From Acidimicrobiales bacterium (GTDB lineage: Bacteria > Actinomycetota > Acidimicrobiia > Acidimicrobiales > SHLQ01), in NCBI GenBank assembly GCA_020629375.1, contig JAHDDK010000002.1:96720-160719 (forward strand): 64,000 bases of DNA. The letters run 5' to 3'. The notes beneath the pieces were generated by a model. The model searched no databases, was not told the DNA's origin, and was given only the letters and a program-made list of their open reading frames with translations. The translations under genes were made by a program, and so were the position numbers. The number at the start of each line of letters is the position of its first letter. The stretch's first letter is position 1. Shown one piece after another: positions 53,350 through 63,208 of the stretch.

Positions 53350-55902
53350 ATGTCCCAACCAACGGGCACGCTCGGCACGTTCGGTGGGGTGTTCACGCCG
53401 AGCATCCTGACGATTCTCGGTCTCGTTCTCTTCCTTCGTGTCCCCTATGTGGTGGGCGCGGTCGGTCTTGGGCAGGCGCTGTTGATCCTGCTGCTGTCGA
53501 CACTCGTGTCCGTGCTGACCAGCGTGTCGCTCGCCGTGGTGGCGACGAACATGCGTGTGGGTGGCGGCGGCGAGTACTACATCATTTCGCGCACGCTGGG
53601 CATCGAGTTCGGCGGTGCGGTCGGCGTGGTCTTGTACCTGGCCATCTCGGTGTCGATTGCGTTCTACGCGATCGGTTTTGCCGAGGCGGTGGTGACCGCG
53701 TTCGACCGTGATTCGACGTTGCTCATCCAGCTGGTTGCGGCGGGGCTTGTCGTGTTGATGGCGGCGATCGCGTTCATCGGCGCCGATCTCGCCACCCGAT
53801 TGCAGTACCTGGTCATGGTGCTGCTGGTCGTTGCGCTCGTGTCGTTCTTCTTTGGGTCGGTCGGCGACTTCGACGGCGGCCAGTTCACCGACAACATCGG
53901 GCCGCCTGCCAATCAGGACGTCGGTTTCTGGGAGGCGTTCGCCATTTTCTTCCCGGCCGTCACCGGGTTCAGCCAGGGCGTGGCCATGTCGGGGGATCTT
54001 CGGACCCCATCGAAGTCGATCACGACCGGAACCTTCGCGGCCGTTGGCTTGTCGACGGTGGTGTACCTGGCCGTGATCGTGACCCTGGCCGGCACGACCG
54101 CGGCGAGTGTCCTGGTCGAAGACACGAACACGATCATTGGCGATCTGTCGCTCGCCGGTTGGACGATGTTGGTCGGTGTGCTCGCGGCGACGGTGTCCTC
54201 CGCGCTTGCCTCGACGCTGGGTAGCCCGCGGGTGTTGCAGCGCCTTGGCGAGGACCGGGTGCTCCCGAGGTTGGAGCACTTCGCCGTGGGTGCTGGTGCG
54301 GCCAACAACCCTCGTCGGGCGTTGGGTGTGTCGTTCGTGATCGCGTTGATCACGATTGCGGTCGGCGACCTGAATGCGATCGCTCCGATCATCTCGATGT
54401 TCTTCCTCGCCAGCTACGGGATCATCAACTACGCGACTTACTACGAGTTCCGGGCAGGTAGCACGTCGTTCCGGCCGCGGTTCCGCTGGGGAGATCACCG
54501 CGCATCTCTCGCAGGGACCATCGCCTGTGTCGGGGCGATCATCGCGATCAACCCGCTGGCTGGTGCGGTCGCAGCGCTGATCTTCGTCGGCTTGTACTCG
54601 TTCCTTCGCCGTCGCGAGGTCCCGGATCGGTGGATCGACTCGGCCGGATCGCATCACTACACCCGGGCTCGCCAGCACCTGCGATCGTTGGCGGCCGAAC
54701 CCGAGCCGGCTCGGGATTGGCGGCCGTGTGCGCTGGTGTTCGTGCCCCGTGACCCGCATACCCGTGAGCGCATGGTGAAGATGGCGTCGTGGCTCGAAGG
54801 CGGATCGGGCTTCCTCACCGCGGTCCGGCTGCTCGAAGGGTCGGGGCCCGTCCGTCGCCGACAGGCCGACGCGGTCGAGGACGATCTCGAGCGTGAGGTG
54901 CAGGCGCTCGTGCCCGGTGCGTTCGCCAAGTCGTTGCTCGTGGCCGACCCGCAGATCGGCGTGCAGACGCTCGTACAGGCCCATGGTCTCGGCCGGGTGA
55001 AGACGAACATGGCGTTGTTCGGTGTTCGGGACCTGCGGGGGACTCCGGACGAACGGGCCAAGTACGGACAGATGCTGCAGAACTGCGTGCGGTTCGGTGC
55101 GAACGTCGCCGTGCTCAACGTTCGGCGAGACGCATGGGAGCGCTTCGAGGCGACGCCACGGTCGGAGCGCACGATCGCCCTGTGGTGGTCCGACGATCAG
55201 GTCGGGCAACTGATCACGCTGCTCGCTTGGCTGTGCACTCGCGATCCGTCCTGGGCCGAGGCGAAGATCACCGCCTACGTCCCGACCGACGAGGAGCACG
55301 ACACCGACCGCGTACGAGAGCTCCTGGATGCCGCCCGTATCTCTGCCGACGTGCAGGCCGTCGAGGGCAACCCGGCAACGTTGTCCGAAGCACTCAGCTC
55401 GGCGACGTTGGCGTTGGCGCCACTGCGCGTTCGTCGTGGGGCGGCGATCGGCCCGTTCGAGACCCCCCTCGGCATGCTCGTCGAGGGCCTCCCGCTCGCC
55501 GTGATGGTGCTCGCCACCGACGAGGTCAGCCTCAACGCCGAACCGGACGAGAGCGACCTGGCCGAACTCGCTCGCCTGTCGGATCAGCTCGACACCGCCG
55601 AACGCAAAGCCGCCGAGCTCGATGCCGAAGCTGGCCGCTTGCTAGTGGTCGCCGAGACGATGCGCATGGATCACGAAGCAGCACCCGACGACGACGTACT
55701 TCATGCCGCGTACGACGACGCCCAGGAGAACGCCGTGTCGGCATTCCGCGACTACGTGAACGCACGCACTCGGGCTCGAGACATCGAAGACGAGATCACC
55801 GCCCTCGACCCGTCCGGCGCGGCCCGCGAGTTCGACGCCGACATCTGGCGCAGCTCCACCGAACGAGACCCCAGCAACGTGGGTTCAGACCCCAACAGCT
55901 AA
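53350..55902 (+). CDS. APC-superfamily transporter of the cation-chloride cotransporter (SLC12-like) type with large cytoplasmic C-terminal domain
   Basis: N-terminus LGTFGGVFTPSILTILGLVLFLRVPYVVGAVG is characteristic of CCC/SLC12. About 12 TM helices followed by ~380 soluble aa that end in a coiled-coil-like acidic tail. Confidence 0.8.
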   Translation: MSQPTGTLGTFGGVFTPSILTILGLVLFLRVPYVVGAVGLGQALLILLLSTLVSVLTSVSLAVVATNMRVGGGGEYYIISRTLGIEFGGAVGVVLYLAISVSIAFYAIGFAEAVVTAFDRDSTLLIQLVAAGLVVLMAAIAFIGADLATRLQYLVMVLLVVALVSFFFGSVGDFDGGQFTDNIGPPANQDVGFWEAFAIFFPAVTGFSQGVAMSGDLRTPSKSITTGTFAAVGLSTVVYLAVIVTLAGTTAASVLVEDTNTIIGDLSLAGWTMLVGVLAATVSSALASTLGSPRVLQRLGEDRVLPRLEHFAVGAGAANNPRRALGVSFVIALITIAVGDLNAIAPIISMFFLASYGIINYATYYEFRAGSTSFRPRFRWGDHRASLAGTIACVGAIIAINPLAGAVAALIFVGLYSFLRRREVPDRWIDSAGSHHYTRARQHLRSLAAEPEPARDWRPCALVFVPRDPHTRERMVKMASWLEGGSGFLTAVRLLEGSGPVRRRQADAVEDDLEREVQALVPGAFAKSLLVADPQIGVQTLVQAHGLGRVKTNMALFGVRDLRGTPDERAKYGQMLQNCVRFGANVAVLNVRRDAWERFEATPRSERTIALWWSDDQVGQLITLLAWLCTRDPSWAEAKITAYVPTDEEHDTDRVRELLDAARISADVQAVEGNPATLSEALSSATLALAPLRVRRGAAIGPFETPLGMLVEGLPLAVMVLATDEVSLNAEPDESDLAELARLSDQLDTAERKAAELDAEAGRLLVVAETMRMDHEAAPDDDVLHAAYDDAQENAVSAFRDYVNARTRARDIEDEITALDPSGAAREFDADIWRSSTERDPSNVGSDPNS

Positions 55903-56006
55903 CAGGTCCACCTCAAGGAACGTCTGGTCAGACCCAAAGAGACGCCGCGTCCCGACCTGGATGTTGTCTTGCATCTGCTTGTACCGACCGATCCAACCTG
56001 CGGTGC

Positions 56007-56528
56007 TCAGGACGTGAACGTCCCCTTGGCGAGCAACTGCTCGATCCACGCCGCTTTCGCCGCGGTGTAGGAACGGCGGTCCTGGGGATGGATCGATGCG
56101 GCGCCCGCCTTGATCCGCTCGTACTCGGCGCGGATGGCTGGATCACGTCGAAGCGCGTCGCGGAACCTGAGGTATCGGCGCCATTGGACATCGCTGCGCG
56201 CCACGAGATGAAGATGCACCAACCGGCACGCAGAGTTCTGTGGATGCGTCAGCACAAAGAACAGGCCACCGGAGTCGCCGTGATCGCCACCGAACTCGAA
56301 ACCGAGGCCCTCGATCGGAGCAATCAACTCACTCGGTGTCTCGTCTTCACCAACGCCTGCAACGACGTCGATAACCGGCTTGGCTGGCAGCCCACGAACC
56401 GCGGTTGAGCCGATGTGCTCGATCACGACGTCGTGCCCATCGAGGGCTTCCCTCAATCGCAACTCGACAGCCAAGAACACCGAACTCCACTCAGGATCAG
56501 AAGCAACGAGGGCGACCGTCCCTCTCAC
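56007..56528 (-). CDS. GrpB-family protein (UPF0157)
   Basis: Motifs LVASDPEWSSVF, IEHIGSTAVRGLPAKPVIDV, HLHLV and RDALRRDPAIRAEYERIK. GTG 56528 is chosen by analogy with typical GrpB N-termini, so the start is uncertain. Confidence 0.65.
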   Translation of the reverse strand: MRGTVALVASDPEWSSVFLAVELRLREALDGHDVVIEHIGSTAVRGLPAKPVIDVVAGVGEDETPSELIAPIEGLGFEFGGDHGDSGGLFFVLTHPQNSACRLVHLHLVARSDVQWRRYLRFRDALRRDPAIRAEYERIKAGAASIHPQDRRSYTAAKAAWIEQLLAKGTFTS

Positions 56529-56788
56529 CAAACCCACCCGCGAAGCCACCTCGACGAGCGAGAGGCGAAGTTCGCCACCGATGTCGTGCACATCGACCAC
56601 GCTACGCGCTTCATGGATGTCGTGAGGCTCCCTCCACCCCAACGAAGTCGCACCCCACCACACCGCCGCATGAGGCGGGCCGCCCACAAACGCCCGTTCC
56701 CCACGCCCACCGCATACCGTGCATTGGTGGGCGTGGGCACCGGCGTGCCCCGACAACGGCCCTCTCGCCGACATCCCGGAGCACTTCG

Positions 56789-57391
56789 ATGACCGACACC
56801 GCCGACCCCGCCAACACGGCCGACGTCGACGCCCCGATCAGCGAGACAACCGACCTGCCCCTCGAGCGGCGGCCATTCAACATCCACGCCTGGATCGACG
56901 AGCATCGCGACGACCTACGACCGCCCGTCGCCAACAAACAGATCTGGCGAAACGCGGACATGATCGTGATGGTCGTCGGCGGCGGCAACGAGCGGAACGA
57001 CTTCCACGACGACCCGCGCGAAGAGTTCTTCTACCAGCTCACTGGCGACATGGTCCTGTGGATCTGGCCCGAAGAAGGCACGGAGCCCCATCCGATGCCG
57101 ATCCGCGAAGGCGAGGTCTACCTCCTGCCCCCGCACCTGCGTCACTCGCCGCAGCGGCCCGACCCCGACTCGGTCGGCATCGTCGTGGAGTACGCCCGGC
57201 TGCCGGGAGAGCTCGACGGTTTCGAGTGGGTGTGCTTCAACTGTGCGCACCTCGTGCACCGCGTCGAAGTCCAGGTGCAGGCGATCGACAAAGACCTGCC
57301 ACCCCTGTTCACCGCGTTCGACGCCGACTTGGAGGCCCGCACCTGTCCGAACTGTGGCGTCGTCCATCCCGGCACGGGGGTTCGGCTGTGA
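56789..57391 (+). CDS. 3-hydroxyanthranilate 3,4-dioxygenase
   Basis: Cupin core NERNDFHDDPREEFFYQLTGDM and LLPPHLRHSPQR. C-terminal rubredoxin-like CFNC...CPNC. Confidence 0.85.
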   Translation: MTDTADPANTADVDAPISETTDLPLERRPFNIHAWIDEHRDDLRPPVANKQIWRNADMIVMVVGGGNERNDFHDDPREEFFYQLTGDMVLWIWPEEGTEPHPMPIREGEVYLLPPHLRHSPQRPDPDSVGIVVEYARLPGELDGFEWVCFNCAHLVHRVEVQVQAIDKDLPPLFTAFDADLEARTCPNCGVVHPGTGVRL

Positions 57392-59565
57392 CCGCCCTCG
57401 GAGACAACGGTCCCGTCGTGGTCGCGGGTGCCGGCCTGGCCGGAAGCCTCCTCGCGATCTACCTCGCCCGGCAAGGCCACGACGTCACGGTCTATGAAAG
57501 CCGGCCCGACCTTCGCACCGTCGACCTCGACGCCGGCCGGTCGATCAACCTGGCGCTCGCCACCCGCGGCATTGTGCCCCTCATCGACGTTGGCGTGATC
57601 GACCAGGTCGACGACATCACCATCGCCATGCGCGGCCGGATGGTGCACGCCCTCGGCGATGACAGCGCCGACCTCCTCCCCTACGGATCGAAGCGGCACG
57701 AGGTGATCCACTCGGTGTCGCGCAACGACTTCAACGCGGTGCTTCTCGATGCTGCCGAAGCGACCGGACGGGTCTCGATCGAGTTCGGCGCACGGCTGCG
57801 ATCGGTCGACTTCGATGCCTCTCGGCTGGTGTTCGACGACGGATCTACCGCGCCGTTCGGCGTCGTCTTCGGGGCGGATGGCGCAGGCTCGCCAGTACGC
57901 CAGTCGCTGGCCGCCGTGGGTTCCTGCGTGCAGTCGACCGAGTGGCTCGATCACGACTACAAGGAGCTGACTCTGCCGCCGGGCCCCGATGGTGGCCATC
58001 TTCTCGATCCGCACGCGCTCCACATCTGGCCCCGTGGCGAACTGATGCTGATCGCGCTCGCCAACCCGTCGGGCGACTTCACCCTCACGCTCTTCGCCCC
58101 CGAAGAGACCTTCGCCGCCCTCGAGATGGCCGAAGAGGTCCGGGCCTTCTTCGGGCACGAGTTTCCCGAGGTGTCGGCGATAATCCCCGACCTCACCGAG
58201 CAGTTCACCGACAATCCGACGTCGTCGCTCGGCACGCTCCGGGCAAACGGGTGGAGCCACGGCGATCAGGCCGTCATTGTCGGCGACGCCGCCCATGCGA
58301 TCGTGCCGTTCCATGGGCAGGGGATGAACGCGGCGCTCGAGTCGGTGCGCCTCCTCGATCGGCACCTGCGGGACTCACCAGACGACATCGCTCGGGCCTT
58401 CGCCCGATTCGAAGCACAGCGCAAGCCAGACACCGAGGCGATCGCCCAGATGGCGATCGACAACTACGTCGAGATGCGGTCGAGCGTGATCGACCCGGCG
58501 TTCCGCGAAAAGCGCCAACTCGCCCTCGACCTCGAACGGCGCCAGCCAGCCCACATCAGCCCTCGGTACAACATGGTCATGTTCTCGACCATGCCCTACA
58601 CCGAGGCACGAGATCGGGCGGCGGCTCAGGCCAAGATCATCGAAGCGGCGGTGGCCGACCCTTCACTCGACGTCGACGCCTTGGTCGTCGAACTTCCGCC
58701 GCTTCCCGAAGACGACCCGCTCGCCGATCCCGGCGCGCTCACGCTGCCCGACTTCGGACCTCCACAGATCCCCGCCGACGAGCTCACCTACGGCAACTAC
58801 CTCCAGGTCGCCGAACTGTTGTCGCTGCAACGGTGCCGTTCGGTCGACCCCGACACGGGCAAACCCGAACACGACGAGACCCTGTTCATCATCATTCACC
58901 AGGTGTATGAGCTCTGGTTCAAGCAGCTGCTTCACGAGCTCGACCACATCGTTGGACAGCTCGACCGCGACAATCGCAACGCCGCTCGCCATCACCTCAC
59001 CCGCGTCTTGACGATCCTCAAGACGCTGATCGCGCAGATCGACGTACTCGAGACGATGACACCAGCCGAGTTCGCGAGCTTCCGTCACTTCCTTGCCAAC
59101 GCGAGTGGTTTCCAGTCGGCGCAGTTCCGCGAGATCGAGTTCGTGCTCGGGGTGAAAGATCGAGTGCAGCTCGACTGGTTCGAGGGCGACGAACGCGACC
59201 GCCTCACCGACCGCTTTCATGCGATGACGCTCTGGGACGCCGTCTTGCGGTCCTGGCATCGCGACGGCATCGCCGTTCCCGAACATGCCGTCACTCGCGA
59301 CGTCCGGACACCGATCGAAGTCGACGATGCCGTTCAAGCGGTGATCCTCGCCAACTACGGCGACGAGGAGTTCTCCGCGTTGTGCGAGATGCTCACCGAC
59401 CTCGACGAACGGCTCCAGGAGTGGCGCTATCGCCACGTCATGATGGTCCGTCGAACCATCGGCACCAAGGCGGGCACCGGTGGCTCCGACGGCGCCGGAT
59501 ACCTCCAGTCCACGCTCTTCCGACCTGCATTCCCGGACCTCTGGGCGATCCGCACCGAATTCTGA
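57388..59565 (+). CDS. kynurenine 3-monooxygenase fused in one ORF to tryptophan 2,3-dioxygenase
   Basis: GTG 57388 overlaps the upstream stop (GTGA). The KMO part has VVVAGAGLAGSLLAIYLARQGHDVTVYESR and GDAAHAIVPFHGQGMNAALE. After a Pro/Asp linker, the TDO part has LTYGNYLQVAELLSLQ, HDETLFIIIHQVYELWFKQLLHEL, SGFQSAQFREIEF and YRHVMMVRRTIGTKAGTGGS. There is no in-frame stop between them. Confidence 0.8.
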   Translation: MTALGDNGPVVVAGAGLAGSLLAIYLARQGHDVTVYESRPDLRTVDLDAGRSINLALATRGIVPLIDVGVIDQVDDITIAMRGRMVHALGDDSADLLPYGSKRHEVIHSVSRNDFNAVLLDAAEATGRVSIEFGARLRSVDFDASRLVFDDGSTAPFGVVFGADGAGSPVRQSLAAVGSCVQSTEWLDHDYKELTLPPGPDGGHLLDPHALHIWPRGELMLIALANPSGDFTLTLFAPEETFAALEMAEEVRAFFGHEFPEVSAIIPDLTEQFTDNPTSSLGTLRANGWSHGDQAVIVGDAAHAIVPFHGQGMNAALESVRLLDRHLRDSPDDIARAFARFEAQRKPDTEAIAQMAIDNYVEMRSSVIDPAFREKRQLALDLERRQPAHISPRYNMVMFSTMPYTEARDRAAAQAKIIEAAVADPSLDVDALVVELPPLPEDDPLADPGALTLPDFGPPQIPADELTYGNYLQVAELLSLQRCRSVDPDTGKPEHDETLFIIIHQVYELWFKQLLHELDHIVGQLDRDNRNAARHHLTRVLTILKTLIAQIDVLETMTPAEFASFRHFLANASGFQSAQFREIEFVLGVKDRVQLDWFEGDERDRLTDRFHAMTLWDAVLRSWHRDGIAVPEHAVTRDVRTPIEVDDAVQAVILANYGDEEFSALCEMLTDLDERLQEWRYRHVMMVRRTIGTKAGTGGSDGAGYLQSTLFRPAFPDLWAIRTEF

Positions 59566-59654
59566 GCCGCAGGAGCTGGAACAACTCGCACAGCGAGGGC
59601 GATGCGAGGCTCTGACCCCATCGTCACGCTCAGGGATTCGGGTAGCGTCGAGGC

Positions 59655-60902
59655 GTGATCGATCTACGCAAACTCGATGATCAGGCATACCGCGACGGCG
59701 CCATCCTGAAGGGCGCCACCGCCGAAGAGTTGGAGACCCTCGCGTCCGCCGAATCGGCCCGTCGGGCGCTGCTGACCGAGGTCGAAGAGCTGCGTGGCCA
59801 GTCCAACGCAGTATCCAAGGAGATCGGGCAAGCGACACCCGACGAGCGCCCCGCCAAGATCGAAGCGGCCAACGCGCTCAAGCAGGATCTCAAGGCCAAG
59901 GAGGCCGAGCTCGAAGACGCGCAGGCCGCCGTCGACGAGATCATCCTCGGCGTGCCCAACCCGGCACACGAGTCGGTTCCTGGCGGCGGCGAAGAAGACT
60001 TCGAGACCGTCGTGACCGTCGGCGACCAGCCCGAGGCCCCAGCCATGGACCACGCCGACTTCGGCGCCGCCATGGGCTGGGTCAACGGCGAGAAGGGTGC
60101 CGAGGTCTCCGGATCCCGGTTCGCCTACCTCCAGCGCGAAGCCGTGCTGCTCGAGTTCGCGCTCATCCAGTGGACGATGGGCAAGCTCGTCGGCCGCGGC
60201 TTCATCCCGACCGTGCCCCCGGTGCTGGTCCGCGAGCAGATGATGGTCGACGCCGGGTTCTTCCCCACGGACCGCAACCAGGTCTACGAAGTCACCGCCG
60301 ACGAGCTCCACCTCGTTGGCACCTCCGAGGTTCCGCTCGCCGGGCTGCACCGAGGAGATCGACTGAACGCCGAAGACCTTCCCCTTCGATACGCAGGCTT
60401 CTCGTCCTGCTTTCGTCGCGAGGCAGGAACCTACGGCAAGGACACCCGCGGCATCTTCCGGGTGCACCAATTCGACAAGGTCGAGATGTTCATCTGGGCG
60501 TCGCCCGACAAGAGCTGGGAAGAACACGAGCTCCTCCTCGAAATCGAGCGTGAGATCCTCGACGATCTCGGCCTGCCCTACCGGGTCATCAATGTCGCCG
60601 CAGGTGACCTCGGCAATCCCGCCGCCAAGAAGTACGACTGCGAAGTCTGGCTGCCCTCAGAGGGCACCTACCGAGAGCTCACCTCGTGCTCCAACTACAC
60701 CGACTATTCGGCTCGCCGGCTCGGCACCCGTGTCAAGACCGACAGCGGATCGGACTTCGTCCACACCCTCAACGGCACGGCGTGCGCTGTTGGCCGGATG
60801 CTCGTGTTCTTGATGGAGCACTACCAAAACGCCGACGGATCGTTCACCGTTCCGGAGGCGCTTCGTCCAATCTGCGGATTCGACTCTGTCGCTGCACGCT
60901 GA
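59655..60902 (+). CDS. serS: seryl-tRNA synthetase
   Basis: N-terminal coiled coil and class II motifs (FRREAGTYGKDTRGIFRVHQFDKVE, GTACAVGRMLVFLME). GTG start. Confidence 0.92.
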   Translation: MIDLRKLDDQAYRDGAILKGATAEELETLASAESARRALLTEVEELRGQSNAVSKEIGQATPDERPAKIEAANALKQDLKAKEAELEDAQAAVDEIILGVPNPAHESVPGGGEEDFETVVTVGDQPEAPAMDHADFGAAMGWVNGEKGAEVSGSRFAYLQREAVLLEFALIQWTMGKLVGRGFIPTVPPVLVREQMMVDAGFFPTDRNQVYEVTADELHLVGTSEVPLAGLHRGDRLNAEDLPLRYAGFSSCFRREAGTYGKDTRGIFRVHQFDKVEMFIWASPDKSWEEHELLLEIEREILDDLGLPYRVINVAAGDLGNPAAKKYDCEVWLPSEGTYRELTSCSNYTDYSARRLGTRVKTDSGSDFVHTLNGTACAVGRMLVFLMEHYQNADGSFTVPEALRPICGFDSVAAR

Positions 60903-60947
60903 TCTTCGGTCCGCTCGACTCCACGCCGACGCGCCACCCTTGAGGCC

Positions 60948-61568
60948 ATGGACAACAGCGGAGGGATGAGCTTCACCGAGCTACTCGAACAGCCCGGCGT
61001 CGAAGAGGAGTTCGAGCTCCGCTCAACCTTTGGGATCCTCGCGTTCCACGGCGGCCCCGTTGAACGAGTGACCTCGATGATCGCCCGAATGGCGGCGGAG
61101 CAGGCCGGCGCAACCTTCTACACGATCAATCAACCTGCGGAGCGTCCGCTGCACCTGCCGTCGACGCGGTTCCGTCCAGAGGAGTCGGATAACTTCGCTG
61201 CCGTCATCAATCACTGCGACACCGTCTGCACCGTGCACGGCTATGGGCGGGACATGGACAAACAGTGGATCCTGCTCGGCGGGCAGAACCGGGAGCTGGC
61301 AGCCACGCTCGGCAAGGCACTGCGTGATGAGGTCCGGCCGAGGTACCGGGTGGTGGACGACCTGGGCGAGATCCCGAAGGAGCTCCGCGGCGTACACGCC
61401 CGCAACCCGGTCAACCTGCCGCCGAACACCGGCGTGCAGATGGAACTCCCACCAGGAGTCCGCTGGAACTGGAAGGCCCGCTCGTGGGCCGACGCCCCCG
61501 GCCTCGAACCGACCCTCGACGTGCTCGACGTCGTGACCGCCCTGACATCGGTGGCCTGCGACTACTGA
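60948..61568 (+). CDS. poly-gamma-glutamate hydrolase family (DUF867-like) protein
   Basis: ILAFHGGPVERVTS, LHLPSTRF and TVHGY resemble the PF05908 family pattern. Confidence 0.6.
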   Translation: MDNSGGMSFTELLEQPGVEEEFELRSTFGILAFHGGPVERVTSMIARMAAEQAGATFYTINQPAERPLHLPSTRFRPEESDNFAAVINHCDTVCTVHGYGRDMDKQWILLGGQNRELAATLGKALRDEVRPRYRVVDDLGEIPKELRGVHARNPVNLPPNTGVQMELPPGVRWNWKARSWADAPGLEPTLDVLDVVTALTSVACDY

Positions 61569-61578
61569 ATCCGGGGCC

Positions 61579-61634
61579 GGTCACGTTGGTGTCTGACCCC
61601 GAAGTGACCTGAGCCCGAAGTGACTACGTTGGGG
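61579..61634. repeat. palindromic repeat, variant B, inverted copy plus tandem CCGAAGTGAC duplication
   Basis: Bases 61579-61600 are the exact reverse complement of 4145-4166. The site lies between convergent genes, and the TAG stop of the minus-strand gene (61624-61626) lies inside it. Confidence 0.8.
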
Positions 61635-62265
61635 TGCGTGTGGCGACCGCCCAGGTGCCGGTGCCGGCTCGGGAGTGGGTGACGGTCCATTCGCCGGGGA
61701 GCGCGTCGTGGATCGCCTCGGCGGTGAGGTGGATCGGGGTGGATTCGCCGCTGGTGTTGACCCAGATGAGCTCGCCAGAGGGAGCGAGCACACGGTCGAC
61801 CTCAGCGGGGAACAAGAACATGTTGAGATGCACCAGAACGTCGATCGATCCGTCCGCCACGGGCAGCCGCGACGCATCGCCGTGCATGCGCGGACCAAGC
61901 TCGGGCGGCGCTTCGATGAGCATGGCCATCGTGCGGTCGAGGGCGACCACGCGGTCGAAGTGACCAGAGAGCACACGTGTGCCGAGGCCCGTACCCGAGC
62001 CGATCTCGAGGCACCGGGCATCACGAGACGCTCGCAGGCCGCGTTCGAGAGCGTCTCGAAGCGGAGCAACCTTCTCGGGCTTGTCGTGGTTGGCGGTCCA
62101 CTCGGCCGCCATCGACGAGAACAGCTCGACCACCTGGCCGGCGATCTCCGGCGTGAACTCGGCGCCAGCAGCGAGCTGGTTGGTGATCACCCGCATCGGA
62201 TGCTCGGGGCCAGCGAACGTTCGAGCCCTGGTCGTGCCCGGTGCTTCGGGCAGCTCGGTGAGCAC
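61624..62265 (-). CDS. class I SAM-dependent methyltransferase
   Basis: Motif I CLEIGSGTGLGTRVL and post-I VVALD, then PVADGSIDVLV. Confidence 0.7.
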   Translation of the reverse strand: MLTELPEAPGTTRARTFAGPEHPMRVITNQLAAGAEFTPEIAGQVVELFSSMAAEWTANHDKPEKVAPLRDALERGLRASRDARCLEIGSGTGLGTRVLSGHFDRVVALDRTMAMLIEAPPELGPRMHGDASRLPVADGSIDVLVHLNMFLFPAEVDRVLAPSGELIWVNTSGESTPIHLTAEAIHDALPGEWTVTHSRAGTGTWAVATRTPT

Positions 62266-62273
62266 GGGCGCGT

Positions 62274-63173
62274 CTATTCGGTGCGAGAGGGAGCGGACTT
62301 CTCGAACTCGGCCTCGACATCCTCATACGTCAGATCCTCGGGCACGGTCGTCCGCACGATTCGGCGATTCTGGCGCTCGTCACCGCGGGACGACTTGGCC
62401 CATTGGTTGAATCGGATGGCGATGAGTCCCCACAGGAAGAACCCGCCGATGACTTTCATGATGAACCCGGCCGCCTGCTGATCGTCGACAGCCGAGATTC
62501 CCCAGAGGCGAACTTCGGTGTCGTATGCGGGGTAGACGACGTTGTCGGCGAAGGTCAGCCAGCCGGCGGGGATCGTCGGGATGATCGACATCAAGAAGAG
62601 ATAGAGCATCTGCGCCGGCGGCGACAGACGAAGCTCGGGCAGCGGACCGAGTACGGGAATCCACATGAGTAGCGCCGACGCGAACATCACCAGGTGAATC
62701 CCGTAGTGGAACGGACCGGAGTCGTGCGAGAGCTGCACGATGCCGTTCCAGTGGGTGAGCGCCGCCAACGCGTTGAAGATGATGCCCGCAACGAGAGGCT
62801 TCGCGAGCTTGCCGACCCATGTGGTCGACTGGTCACCCGAGCCGAGGATCAAGCGGGCCAGCCACTCCGGTGTGGCGGCAAGGAAGAAGATCGGGATGAA
62901 GAACGTGATCAGCAGATGCTGAAACATGTGCACCGAGTAGAGGTACTCCTCGGCAATGTCGTGCATCGGCCAGTCCGCAGCGATCGCCAGCACGAGCACG
63001 CCGAGGGCGAAGGTCCGTTTCTGTCGAGTCGAGACGACCTCTTGGCCAGCGGGCACGACCTTCGGGCCGATCACACGGGTGGCGTAGAAGCCCAGTCCGA
63101 CGATCCCCGCGATGAGCACCCACACCTCGGGGTGTGGCTTGTAGGCCCACGGGTCAAGTTGCGCTAGCAGCAT
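62274..63173 (-). CDS. ctaG: cytochrome c oxidase assembly factor CtaG (caa3-type)
   Basis: Polytopic membrane protein with HMFQHLLITFFIPIFF. It lies downstream of ctaE/ctaF-like genes. Confidence 0.8.
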   Translation of the reverse strand: MLLAQLDPWAYKPHPEVWVLIAGIVGLGFYATRVIGPKVVPAGQEVVSTRQKRTFALGVLVLAIAADWPMHDIAEEYLYSVHMFQHLLITFFIPIFFLAATPEWLARLILGSGDQSTTWVGKLAKPLVAGIIFNALAALTHWNGIVQLSHDSGPFHYGIHLVMFASALLMWIPVLGPLPELRLSPPAQMLYLFLMSIIPTIPAGWLTFADNVVYPAYDTEVRLWGISAVDDQQAAGFIMKVIGGFFLWGLIAIRFNQWAKSSRGDERQNRRIVRTTVPEDLTYEDVEAEFEKSAPSRTE

Positions 63174-63208
63174 CGGTCCTCGATCAGAGACGCCCGAGGC
63201 GCCTCACG

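Noticed and set aside
53011-55299. 762-aa minus-strand ORF
   Set aside because: It is antisense to the SLC12-like transporter and part of the phosphatase gene. The translation is extremely Arg-rich with no hydrophobic or enzymatic pattern.
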